The notes under the pieces: model-generated | Told to the model about the DNA's origin: nothing | The model's database searches: none | What the model saw: the letters and a program-made list of their open reading frames with translations, nothing else | Source: Deltaproteobacteria bacterium | Lineage (GTDB): Bacteria > Myxococcota_A > Polyangia > Polyangiales > Houyiibacteriaceae | Assembly: GCA_034670305.1 (NCBI GenBank) | Contig: JAXMNT010000009.1 | Span: 1-64,000 of the forward strand | Direction: 5' to 3' | Length of the DNA: 64,000 nucleotides | Part shown: positions 27,398-36,859 of the stretch, piece after piece | How positions within the stretch are numbered: the stretch's first letter is position 1 | How the letters are laid out: each line of letters begins with the position of its first letter | Program-made: the position numbers and the translations under genes

Positions 27398-28966
27398 TCA
27401 GCGCTTGGTGCGGCGGGAGAGGGCGGTTCGGAGCTCGCCGACTTCTTCGCTCCGCAGGAGGGCCGCGACGCCGAGGTAGACGACTGAGCCGCCGACCACG
27501 AGGCCGAGGAAGACGAAGGTGTTGGTGAGGGTGCCGCCGGCGGACCAGTCGAAGAGGCGGCTGGTCGGCCAGAGGGCGCCGGCCATCGCGGCGCTGGCGA
27601 GCACCACCCGCGCGCCGCTCTTGGCGACTTCCTTCAGGCCGAGCCGGCCGAGTTTCCAGCGCAGCATGCCGAGCAAGACGAACAGCTGCACCGCGGCGGC
27701 GGCGCTGATCGCCAGCGCGATGCCGGCGTGTCGGAGCGGACCCATGAGGGTGAGACCGAGGACGCCGAAGACGACCAGGTTGGCCGCGGACGCGAACACG
27801 GGCGAGCGGGTGTCGCCGAGGGCGTGGAACATGGGCACGCAGGAGCGGACCGACGCGACGGCCCAGATGCCGGCGGCCAAGTAGACGAGCGACTCGGCGG
27901 TCTCTCGGATCGCCTCGGGATCGGCGAACCGGCCGCGGCCAAAGATCGCGGCGACTGCGGGTTCCGCCAGAATGGCGAGCGCGACGGTGGCTGGGACCGC
28001 CACGAACATGCTGAGCCGCAGTCCGAAGCGGAACACCTGTTTGGCCCCGGCGATGTCTCCCCGCGCATGCAGCCGCGCCAGGGTCGGGAGTGCGGCGCTG
28101 CCGATGGCGAGCGCGAACATGCCCTGCGGGATCTCGACCAGCCGCTGCCCGTACGAGAGGTAGCTCATGGATCCAGGCGGGAGGTAGCTCGCGAGGTTGC
28201 GGCTCAGGATGATGTTGAGCTGGTACACGCCGAGGCCCGCCATGAGCGGCACCAGCAGCCGGAACGCTTTGCGCACGTCTTCGTCGAGGGCGAGCCGCGG
28301 ACGGTGGAGCAGGCCGATCTTGCGCAGGGCCGGGAGCTGCCAGAAGAACTGGAGCGCCCCGCCGGCCAGCGCGCCGAGCGCGAGTGCACAGACCCCGGGC
28401 CAACCCCAACCCATGACCACATCGGGCAAAAGCAAAGCCGCGGCGATCAGACAGATGTTGAGCCAGATCGGCGCGAACGCGGGCGCCATGAACTTCTGGT
28501 GGGCGTGCAGGGCGCCCGTGGCGAGCGCGGCGGCGCCCATCAACGCGATGTACGGGAAGACGATGCGGACCAGCTGCTCGGTCGTCGAGAACGCCTCCGG
28601 ATCCAGGCCCGATGCGTAGAGCCGCACCAGCCAGGGCGCGCCGAGCACGCCCAAGAGTGAGAGCACGACCAGGACGACGCCCATCGCGCCCGACAGCCGC
28701 TGGAAGGCGATCCGCGTCGCTTCGGCGCCGCGGGATTCCCGGACCTGGGTCAGGACGGGGACGAACGCCGCGCTGATCGCGCCTTCGCCGAGCAGCACCC
28801 TGAGCGCGTTTGGGATCGTGAAGGCGTACCAGAACGCATCGGTCGAGATCCGGGAGAAGGACGCGGCGATGACCGCGTCCCGGACCAACCCGAGGATCCG
28901 GGACGAGAGGGTCCCGGCCGCCACCAGACCAGCCCGTCTCGCGATCGCCTGGCGTTCGTCGGTCAA
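27398..28966 (-). CDS. murJ: Lipid II flippase MurJ (MviN)
   Basis: [43 protein letters not shown]; polytopic membrane protein. Confidence 0.96.
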   Translation of the reverse strand: MTDERQAIARRAGLVAAGTLSSRILGLVRDAVIAASFSRISTDAFWYAFTIPNALRVLLGEGAISAAFVPVLTQVRESRGAEATRIAFQRLSGAMGVVLVVLSLLGVLGAPWLVRLYASGLDPEAFSTTEQLVRIVFPYIALMGAAALATGALHAHQKFMAPAFAPIWLNICLIAAALLLPDVVMGWGWPGVCALALGALAGGALQFFWQLPALRKIGLLHRPRLALDEDVRKAFRLLVPLMAGLGVYQLNIILSRNLASYLPPGSMSYLSYGQRLVEIPQGMFALAIGSAALPTLARLHARGDIAGAKQVFRFGLRLSMFVAVPATVALAILAEPAVAAIFGRGRFADPEAIRETAESLVYLAAGIWAVASVRSCVPMFHALGDTRSPVFASAANLVVFGVLGLTLMGPLRHAGIALAISAAAAVQLFVLLGMLRWKLGRLGLKEVAKSGARVVLASAAMAGALWPTSRLFDWSAGGTLTNTFVFLGLVVGGSVVYLGVAALLRSEEVGELRTALSRRTKR

Positions 28967-29371
28967 ACCTTCATCTCGCGTTCCTCAGAGCCGAGCATCC
29001 GTCCGCCCCGCCTCAACGCCAAGAAACCCGCGTCCCGGCCACGGATGCTTGCGCGGTGCCCACTCCTTGTGTAAGAACTGGATCGTGGCGCTCGCGCCAC
29101 CCGCCGAGCACGTTTCAGCAACGCAACCGGCGACCCACCGACGGGTCCGTAGTCGTGAGACGCGGCCACCCTTCGGAGGAATCGCGGGGGATCCGAGCTG
29201 GGACCTTGTCCTACCCAACACTTGCCTATGCTGCCGGCCTTTCTGGTCAGGTGGGGGCGGGTGGGGAAGCTCTCGCGGCACGACGTCGGCAACCGAGCGG
29301 CCGAGAGGGCCTGAGCGACACCATTCAGACTCGTTGAGAGTGCCCATTCCAAGGGCCACCGTTTGTTTTCA

Positions 29372-29386
29372 CGGACTTCAAGTCCG
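29372..29386. promoter_or_regulatory. Perfect palindrome CGGACTT-C-AAGTCCG, candidate operator
   Basis: 7-bp arms around a 1-nt centre, about 100 bp upstream of the SNF2 gene start in the murJ/SNF2 divergent region. Function is inferred only. Confidence 0.35.
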
Positions 29387-29484
29387 GCAGAGGAAACGCG
29401 GATTGGGGGGAACGACACCACGTCACCCGAGCCCCGCCGACCTCGCCCCGAACGCGGGGAACCTTCGAAGGAAGGCTTTGCTTC

Positions 29485-32400
29485 ATGGGAGATAGCGTGT
29501 CCACCACTGCGACTGCTGCGGACAGCCCAGCAGATTCCCCGGCTCCCCCGAGAGATTTCGATCTCTCGAAGAAGCCACCGATCATTCAGAGAGTCGTGAA
29601 GATGTCCGATCGCGCCATTCAACGCGTGACGGGCGGCAACGCCTTCCTGCGCGGTCGGCTCTACGCCCGGCGGCGTTCGGTCGAATCGCTGGTGGCCAAG
29701 GGCCGCGAAGTGAAAGGCGAGATCCACCTGCGCTCGGCCGAGGAGCCCTACCGGACCTCGATCAAGCTCTCTGAGGACGACACCTTCATCTCGCAGTGCA
29801 GCTGCCCTGGGTGGCGGGGTCCCGACTCGCACTGCAAGCACGTCGCGGCGCTCCTCGTGGCCCTTCGCGATCGCGAACGGCCCCCCAAACCAGAGAAGCC
29901 CGAGCAGGACGCGGGCGCCAACGGCGAAGGTGGCGAGGGGGACGAGCCGCGCAAGAAGAAGAAGCGCCGCAAGCGCAAGAAGGACAAAGACAAGGACAAG
30001 GACAAGACGCCGCCGGTCCATGTGCCCCAGACCGTTTCGGTGGGTGGCAAGCGCCGGACCCGCCGCCGCCGCCGACGTGGCAACGGCGCCGCGGAGAAGC
30101 TCGACATCGTCTCGGCACGGGACCTCGCCGGCGCGATCGGGGAGTCCCGAGGCGCGATCGACGCATGGCTTCCACCCGACGCCCGCCCGCGCCCGATCGA
30201 TCTCGAATACCGCGTGGTGGTTCGGAGCGCGTCGATCGCGATCTCCCCGGTCATCGCCGGAACCCGCAACGCGGTGCCGATCGCCGACGCGCTCTCGGCG
30301 TTCAACATGATCGCCCCGGAAGAACGGCCGCTGATGCGGGCGCTCGCGCGCCACACGCCCCGAGGGCAGGCCGCGACCTCCGAGCTCCGCGGCGAAGATG
30401 CCGCCGACGCCTTGAGCATGCTCGAAGACAAACGGGTGCTGCTCGAACCGGCTTCGATGGAGCTCCGGTTCAGCGACGAGACCCTCGAGCCCGTCATCGA
30501 ACTCGACATGGTGGGCACCGACACGCTTCGCACGCGGGTGGCGTTCGTCTCCGAGACCGGTCGGCGTTTCCAGCTGAGCGCCGGCGCGTGGTTCGAAGGC
30601 ACCCCAGGTTGGCACGTCGATCCGGGCGAGGGCATCGTGCGCTCGCTCTCGGATGCGGTGACGCCGGGTTGGCTCCAGCGCCTCTACCGCTCGCCCTCCC
30701 TAGTGCATCCGATGAGCGACCTGCCGCGGCTCCTCGGCGACTACATTCCGCGGGTCGCGGTCGCGCTCAAGACCGACCTGCCGGACCTCGACACCATTGT
30801 CGATCTGGTGGACGCGACGCCCTCGATCGAGCTCTGGCTCGAAGGCGACATCGTCGAGGCGTTCGCGACCCTCAAGGTCAGCTACGAAGACCAGACGTTC
30901 GAGATCCCAGCGCAAGGTTTCCCGAGCCCACTCGCGATCCTGCCCGCGGTCGAGGAGGGGGGGCAGCCGCGCGTGGTGCGCCGCGACATCGGGGCGGAGA
31001 TGACCGCGGTCCAGAAGATGCTCGACGTCGACTTCGACGTGGACGACGCCGGCGAGACGCTGATGATCACCGGCGAAGAAGCCATCGCGTTCTGGAGCGA
31101 CCGCATCCGCGAGTTGCCCGAAGAATGGGACCGGTTCGTGCCCGAGGGCCTCGACGACGTCCAGATCCGATCCGAGTCCGTCAGCTCACAGGCGCGGGTC
31201 TCGAGCGGTGTCGACTGGCTGAGTCTCGACATGACGTTCACGTCGGGCGACGCCGTCGTATCCGAAGAAGAGCTCCGGCTCTGCCTCGAATCCGGCCGCC
31301 GCATCGTGAAACTCAGCGACGGCAGCTACGCGCCGGTCGACCCCGATGCGGTGGGCGAGGTGCTCGCGCGGATGGCGGAGATCTTCGCGACCAGCGGACA
31401 GCGCAAGAAGCTGCCGCTCTCCCAGGCCGGTCGCATCCAAGACCTCATCGGTCTCGTGGGCGACGCGGAGGTCAAACCGAAGGCGCGGAGTCTCTTCGAC
31501 CAGCTCGGCGACATCGACGAGGTGCCGAACGCGCCCAAGCCGAGGAACCTCAAGGCGACGCTTCGCCCGTACCAGAAGAAGGGTTTCTCCTGGTTGATGT
31601 TCCTGCACCAGCTCGCGTCCGGCGGCATTCTCGCCGACGACATGGGGCTCGGTAAGACGCTCCAGACCATCGCGCTCTTGCTCGCGGTGAAGACCAAAGA
31701 GAAGAAACGAAAGATCAACCTGGTGGTCGCGCCGACGTCGGTGGTGCCCAACTGGGAGCGCGAGATCCAGAAGTTCGCCCCGACCCTCAAGACCGTGGTC
31801 TGGCAGGGACCGAACCGCTTCGACAACGAAGAGGCATTGGCCGGCGCAGACGTGATGATCACGAGCTACGCGCTCCTGCGCCGCGACGAAGAGCTGCTGA
31901 ACAAGCAGGCGTTCCGCTACGTCATCCTCGACGAGGCGCAGCACATCAAGAACCCGGCGAGCCACACTGCCCGTGCCGCCAAGAAGATCGAGTCAGAACG
32001 CCGACTCGCGCTCACCGGCACGCCGATCGAGAACCGGCTCTCCGAACTCTGGAGCATCTTCGACTTCGTCTCGCCCGGACTGCTCGGCGACCTGAAGCGC
32101 TTCGAGGAGAACATCGCGCGCCCGATCGACCGAGGCGACGAAGAGACCGCGATGCGGCTGCGCAACACGATCAAACCGTTCGTGCTTCGCCGGCTCAAAG
32201 TGGATGTCGCCGACGACCTGCCGGAGAAGATCGAGCAGGAGATCGTCGTGCCGATGGAGGATGCCCAGGCGGCGCTCTACAAGCAGGTGCTCGCCGAAGT
32301 GCGCAAGAGCCTCCTGAGCGAGGTCGAGAAGAAGGGCGTCGGCAAGAGCCAGATCCAGATCCTCGCTGCCCTCACTCGGCTCCGACAAGTCGCGTGCGAC

Positions 32401-32970
32401 CCGCGGCTGATGAAGCTGGAGCTCGCGGGCAAACAAGCCACCGAGTTCACGGACGAGGACTCCGGAAAGCTCGGGGCGCTGCGAGAGATCCTCGGCAACG
32501 CCGTCAGCGGCGGCCACCGCGTGCTCGTGTTCAGCCAGTTCGTGACGATGCTCGGCCACATCCGCCGCGCGCTCGAAGAGGACGGCATCACCTACGAGTA
32601 CCTCGACGGATCGACCAAGGACCGAATGGAACGCGTCGAGCGGTTCAACGACGACGACTCGATCGGCGTCTTCTTGATCTCGCTCAAGGCAGGCGGCACA
32701 GGCCTGAACCTGGTCGGCGCCGACACGGTCGTGCACTTCGACCCGTGGTGGAACCCGGCCGTCGAAGACCAGGCCACCGACCGCGCGCACCGCATCGGCC
32801 AGACCCGCTCGGTCAACGTGTACCGGCTCATCGCCAAGGGCAGCGTCGAGGAGAAGATCCTCACCCTCAGCGCGAAGAAGCGCGCGCTCATGGAGAACGT
32901 GCTCTCCACCGAGGGCAGCCCGCTCAAGGGCCTGACCAAGAAGGACGTCGACGCACTCTTCAGCGAGTGA
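29485..32970 (+). CDS. SWIM zinc-finger SNF2-family helicase
   Basis: SWIM CSC...CKH; LRPYQ; LADDMGLGKT; DEAQHIKN; LTGTPIEN; FSQF; SLKAGGTGLNL; DPWWNPAVEDQATDRAHRIGQ. Confidence 0.96.
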   Translation: MGDSVSTTATAADSPADSPAPPRDFDLSKKPPIIQRVVKMSDRAIQRVTGGNAFLRGRLYARRRSVESLVAKGREVKGEIHLRSAEEPYRTSIKLSEDDTFISQCSCPGWRGPDSHCKHVAALLVALRDRERPPKPEKPEQDAGANGEGGEGDEPRKKKKRRKRKKDKDKDKDKTPPVHVPQTVSVGGKRRTRRRRRRGNGAAEKLDIVSARDLAGAIGESRGAIDAWLPPDARPRPIDLEYRVVVRSASIAISPVIAGTRNAVPIADALSAFNMIAPEERPLMRALARHTPRGQAATSELRGEDAADALSMLEDKRVLLEPASMELRFSDETLEPVIELDMVGTDTLRTRVAFVSETGRRFQLSAGAWFEGTPGWHVDPGEGIVRSLSDAVTPGWLQRLYRSPSLVHPMSDLPRLLGDYIPRVAVALKTDLPDLDTIVDLVDATPSIELWLEGDIVEAFATLKVSYEDQTFEIPAQGFPSPLAILPAVEEGGQPRVVRRDIGAEMTAVQKMLDVDFDVDDAGETLMITGEEAIAFWSDRIRELPEEWDRFVPEGLDDVQIRSESVSSQARVSSGVDWLSLDMTFTSGDAVVSEEELRLCLESGRRIVKLSDGSYAPVDPDAVGEVLARMAEIFATSGQRKKLPLSQAGRIQDLIGLVGDAEVKPKARSLFDQLGDIDEVPNAPKPRNLKATLRPYQKKGFSWLMFLHQLASGGILADDMGLGKTLQTIALLLAVKTKEKKRKINLVVAPTSVVPNWEREIQKFAPTLKTVVWQGPNRFDNEEALAGADVMITSYALLRRDEELLNKQAFRYVILDEAQHIKNPASHTARAAKKIESERRLALTGTPIENRLSELWSIFDFVSPGLLGDLKRFEENIARPIDRGDEETAMRLRNTIKPFVLRRLKVDVADDLPEKIEQEIVVPMEDAQAALYKQVLAEVRKSLLSEVEKKGVGKSQIQILAALTRLRQVACDPRLMKLELAGKQATEFTDEDSGKLGALREILGNAVSGGHRVLVFSQFVTMLGHIRRALEEDGITYEYLDGSTKDRMERVERFNDDDSIGVFLISLKAGGTGLNLVGADTVVHFDPWWNPAVEDQATDRAHRIGQTRSVNVYRLIAKGSVEEKILTLSAKKRALMENVLSTEGSPLKGLTKKDVDALFSE

Positions 32971-33145
32971 GTCGGCCCTCTCCCGCCGCCCCCACGGGCG
33001 GCTCCGCGGGTGCTCGATCCAGCCCGTGTTCGTCCGCGCGCAGGCGCAGAACGACTCGCGTGAACTCCCGAGATGCGCTCTACTCCTGCCGTTCGTTCCC
33101 TGACCCAGACTTGCGGCTCCGCCGCACCGCTCCAGGAATCTACCC

Positions 33146-34171
33146 GTGACACACACCATCGTTCTCATCCCCGGCGACGGCATCGGACCCGAAGTTGCGA
33201 CCGCGGTTCAGCGCATCTTCGAAGCGGCCGGCGCGCCGATCGCGTGGGAGGAACACCACGCGGGCGTCGCTGCGCTCGCGGCCAGTGGAGAGGTGCTGCC
33301 GGAGGCGACCCTCGAGGCGTGCCGGACCCACGGCGTCACCCTCAAGGGGCCGTGCACGACGCCGGTCGGCAAAGGGTTCCGGTCGGTCAACGTCGAACTC
33401 CGCAAGCGGCTCGAGCTGTACGCGGCGGTCCGGCCGGTGCGCAGCCTCAAGGGCGTGGAGACGCGCTACGAGGACGTCGACATCGTGGTCCTGCGGGAGA
33501 ACACCGAGGGGCTCTACAGCGGCATCGAGAACGAGGTCACGCCGGGCGTCGTAACCAGTCTGAAGGTCGTGACGGAGCGCGCCGTCCGCCGGTTCGCCAA
33601 GTGGGGTTTTGCGTACTGCCGCGAGCGCGGCCGCAAGAAGCTCACCGCCATGCACAAAGCGAACATCATGAAACTCGGCGACGGGCTCTTCGTGCGCATC
33701 GTGCGCGAGGTGCGCGAGCAGGGCGGCTACGACGACATCGAGTACGAAGAGTTGATCATCGACGCGGGCGCCATGCGCCTGGTGCAAGAACCGAAGAACT
33801 TCGACGTGCTCTTGCTCCAGAACCTCTACGGCGACGTCTTCAGTGATCTGTGTGCCGGGTTCATCGGCGGACTCGGCGTCGCGCCCGGTGCCAACATCGG
33901 CGACGACTACGCGATCTTCGAAGCGGTCCATGGCTCTGCGCCGGACATCGCGGGCAAGGGCATCGCCAACCCGCTCTCCCTCCTGATGAGCAGCGTGATG
34001 ATGTTGAACCACTTGGCGGTCGCCAAGAACGACCCGGCCTGCACGAAGGCGGCCGAACGCATCAAGGGCGCCTACGACCGCGCGCTTCAGGATGGACAGA
34101 AGACCGGAGACATCGGTGGATCGTTGAACACGGATGGCTTCGTGCGCGCGGTCATCGAACGCCTCGGGTAG
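33146..34171 (+). CDS. icd: Isocitrate dehydrogenase, IDH3-like NAD-type (isocitrate/isopropylmalate dehydrogenase family)
   Basis: IPGDGIGPEV, LKGPCTTP, RSVNVELRK (isocitrate-type S-x-N), RENTEG, HKANIMK, NLYGD, EAVHGSAPDIAGK. Confidence 0.85.
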   Translation: MTHTIVLIPGDGIGPEVATAVQRIFEAAGAPIAWEEHHAGVAALAASGEVLPEATLEACRTHGVTLKGPCTTPVGKGFRSVNVELRKRLELYAAVRPVRSLKGVETRYEDVDIVVLRENTEGLYSGIENEVTPGVVTSLKVVTERAVRRFAKWGFAYCRERGRKKLTAMHKANIMKLGDGLFVRIVREVREQGGYDDIEYEELIIDAGAMRLVQEPKNFDVLLLQNLYGDVFSDLCAGFIGGLGVAPGANIGDDYAIFEAVHGSAPDIAGKGIANPLSLLMSSVMMLNHLAVAKNDPACTKAAERIKGAYDRALQDGQKTGDIGGSLNTDGFVRAVIERLG

Positions 34172-34174
34172 CGC

Positions 34175-35080
34175 ATGGATCCGACCAAAGAAGGCGGCGC
34201 CGCAGAGGATCGCGTGTTGCGGGCGATGACCGACGACGGCGCGCTCCGCATCATGGTCGCGCGCACCACCGACACCGCCCAGGGGGCGATTCGTGCGCAG
34301 GGCGTCGAAGGAGATCTCGCCAGCGAGCTCGGACAGATGGTCACCGCGGCGGTGCTCTTCCGCGAGACGATGGCACCCAACCTTCGGGTGCAGGGCGTGG
34401 TGCGCGGGCTCGCCGACAGTGGACAGATCATCGCCGACTCGCATCCGGATGGGTCGGCGCGTGGACTGGTTCAGCGCAAACCAGGTGCACCACCCTTCGT
34501 GCTCGGACGCGGCGCGTTGATGCAGATGATGCGTTCGTTGCCCAACGGCGAGATGCAGCAGGGCGTGGTGGAGCTCTCGGACGGTGGCACCATCAGCCTG
34601 GGGCTCATGAACTACATGCAGCTCTCGGAACAGACCGTCACGATGGCCCGCGTGGCCTGCGTGATGGGCAAGGGTGAGGTGAAGGACGAAGTCGTCGCCG
34701 CGGGCGGCTACCTCGTTCAGCTGTTGCCCGAAGCCCCCGACCGGGAAGCGGCCGTCCTCGAGATGGCGAACCGGCTGGAGGGCGAGTTCGAGTCCATCGA
34801 AACGCGGCTCGCAGAGAGCGACGCGGATCCCCACGCGCTGCTCGCCGCCATCTTCCAAGGCATGAAGCACACCCACCTCGGCGAGTCTGAGGTCCGGTTC
34901 GCCTGCGAATGCAGCCGGATCCGCGTGCTGACCAGCTTGGCGTCGCTCGGGCGGGGCGATCTCGAGAGCCTGCTCGCCGAAGCGAAACTCGAACCGCTCG
35001 AGATGGGCTGCGACTGGTGCGGCAACCAGTATCGGGTCGATCGGCGCGACCTGGAGAAACTGCTCGAGGCACCGAGTTGA
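34175..35080 (+). CDS. hslO: Redox-regulated chaperone Hsp33
   Basis: YMQLSEQ, AAGGYLVQLLP, C-terminal CECS...CDWC zinc switch. Confidence 0.93.
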   Translation: MDPTKEGGAAEDRVLRAMTDDGALRIMVARTTDTAQGAIRAQGVEGDLASELGQMVTAAVLFRETMAPNLRVQGVVRGLADSGQIIADSHPDGSARGLVQRKPGAPPFVLGRGALMQMMRSLPNGEMQQGVVELSDGGTISLGLMNYMQLSEQTVTMARVACVMGKGEVKDEVVAAGGYLVQLLPEAPDREAAVLEMANRLEGEFESIETRLAESDADPHALLAAIFQGMKHTHLGESEVRFACECSRIRVLTSLASLGRGDLESLLAEAKLEPLEMGCDWCGNQYRVDRRDLEKLLEAPS

Positions 35081-36165
35081 ACCGGTTCTGCGTCACGATC
35101 GGTTGGGTCGCGATGGGCTCCATGGTTCTCGTGGCATGCGGCGAGCCGGAGGTGGTCGCGCCATCGGAGGTCGCGACCGAGGGCGTCAGCTCGGGCGAAG
35201 AGTTGGAGACGCCGACGGACGATCCCCGCGTACTCGCCGGCGGCACCTTCGCGGATCTCGTCTCGGCGGCCCGCGCGCTCGATGGCCGCAGCGACGCCCG
35301 CACCTACGGTTGTCTGCTTCGTCCGCCGATGGCGGGCCGCGGATGGGTGCTCGAAGGCGAGGTCGCGGTGTCGGTCCGCCCGCTCCCGGAACCGCCCATT
35401 TCGGTGACCGCGGGCCTCGACACCCGCGGGTCTTCGGTGCGTGGCCTCAGTCGATGGGGACAGCGTGGTTCCGGCCAGCTGACCCTGCTGGCCTTCACCC
35501 CGACGCCGCCCACCCGCGGTCTCGAGGCAGTGGTCTTCGTGGCGGCCGAGGGCACCCGCATTCGACTCATCGGACAGGACGTGTCCGCCGAGTACGCCCG
35601 CGCCGTTCCGAACGACCAGGTGGGGGCGGCGCTGGGGGCGCTCCAGGTGCGCTCGGCGTGGGTGACGGCGGACGCGGGCATGGCGCTCTCGGAAGTCGCG
35701 GAGTTGCTTCGCACCGTCCACGTGCCGGTCGCCTTCGCGGTTCCGCTGCCCGACGGAGTGACGCTCCCGCCGGCGCCCACGACGACCGCGGCGACGGACC
35801 TGTGCCCCGATGGTCTGACCCCGCCTGCGGGGGAGGCCGCGATCCCGGTCGCGGATGTGGTCGAGGCGTTGCAACCGTTTCGCGATTCAGCGGGCGAGTG
35901 CTTGGCCGCCGGTTCGGTCGAGAGCGCGGCCGGAGGACGCATCGAGGTCTCGTTTCACGTCGGACCGGACGGCGCGGTGAGCCAGGCGTGTGCGATGGCG
36001 GACGCGACTGGGAGCGAGCCGGTGCGTGCGTGCGTCCTGGAGGCGCTGCGTTCGGTGCGCTTTCCCGCACCCGACCCGGCCGGGACCGTGGCGTTCGCGC
36101 TTCCGGTCCAGCTCGCCCCCGCCAACGATCCCGCGCCGCATCCCCTCTGCGCGGACGATGAATAG
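35077..36165 (+). CDS. Lipoprotein with a C-terminal TonB-C/AgmX-PglI-like domain
   Basis: TTG overlapping the hslO stop; lipobox VLVAC; C-terminus GRIEVSFHVGPDGAV...VRACVLEALRSVRFPAP. Confidence 0.72.
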   Translation: MNRFCVTIGWVAMGSMVLVACGEPEVVAPSEVATEGVSSGEELETPTDDPRVLAGGTFADLVSAARALDGRSDARTYGCLLRPPMAGRGWVLEGEVAVSVRPLPEPPISVTAGLDTRGSSVRGLSRWGQRGSGQLTLLAFTPTPPTRGLEAVVFVAAEGTRIRLIGQDVSAEYARAVPNDQVGAALGALQVRSAWVTADAGMALSEVAELLRTVHVPVAFAVPLPDGVTLPPAPTTTAATDLCPDGLTPPAGEAAIPVADVVEALQPFRDSAGECLAAGSVESAAGGRIEVSFHVGPDGAVSQACAMADATGSEPVRACVLEALRSVRFPAPDPAGTVAFALPVQLAPANDPAPHPLCADDE

Positions 36166-36274
36166 ACCCATCCGGCGCCCGTCGGTACCTCGTGGCCCAC
36201 TTCGCGTGTGGCGTAGTGACAGCAAACAACTGGGGAATTTGACGCGCCCCGTGGACCGGGTGGAAGGTGCTCCC

Positions 36275-36790
36275 ATGAGAACGACACGAGACAGTCGGGC
36301 CAGCGCCCCCCTTCGACCGGTGACGTTTTCGGCCCGGGTGTTGTTCTCTCTGCTGGCGGTGGTGCTCGCGGCCCCGTTCGGCACCGGCAACATCGGTCAC
36401 GCCCAGCGGCGCGCCACCGAGCAGAGCATCCTTGGACCGGGGCTCTACGTCTTTCAGACGCGCATCACGGCGGCCACGTGCGGCGATGCGGAACGCACCG
36501 GATACGTGAACTCGTACTTCGCCGCCATCGATGGGATCCCGGCTTCCACCGAGATGCACATGAACTTGCTGAACTCTTCGTTCTGGCCGCGCTGGGAGCT
36601 CCAGGTCCGCGGCCAGGTGATTCGCGGCAGCGCCAGTCAGCCCCGCGTCAACGGCCAACAGCGTTTCGAACTGCGGGTGAGTGGCGAACGTTTCACCGGC
36701 ACCGGCACGCGCAGCTACGACATGCAGCACGAAGGCCGCACCCGCCGCTGCGAAGTCACTTACGACGCCCTCTTGAGCAAGTTGGATTGA
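36275..36790 (+). CDS. Secreted hypothetical beta-rich protein, 171 aa
   Basis: GGAAGG before ATG 36275; hydrophobic VLFSLLAVVLAA ... GHA-Q; two Cys; coding-like codon bias. Confidence 0.7.
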   Translation: MRTTRDSRASAPLRPVTFSARVLFSLLAVVLAAPFGTGNIGHAQRRATEQSILGPGLYVFQTRITAATCGDAERTGYVNSYFAAIDGIPASTEMHMNLLNSSFWPRWELQVRGQVIRGSASQPRVNGQQRFELRVSGERFTGTGTRSYDMQHEGRTRRCEVTYDALLSKLD

Positions 36791-36859
36791 GAGCGCGCAC
36801 TTCGCGAGACCTGACCTCTGGGGTTGCGTCGCAGGTGTGGATGGTGGGATCTTCTGTCC

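Noticed and set aside
28985-29359. 124-aa ORF upstream of murJ (and rpsT, which often neighbours murJ)
   Set aside because: No family motif, weak codon bias and no S20-like sequence; treated as non-coding.
29485-32970. SNF2 helicase as part of an anti-phage defence island
   Set aside because: Neighbours are housekeeping genes (murJ, icd, hslO); no methylase, nuclease or other defence genes adjacent; composition matches the rest of the window.
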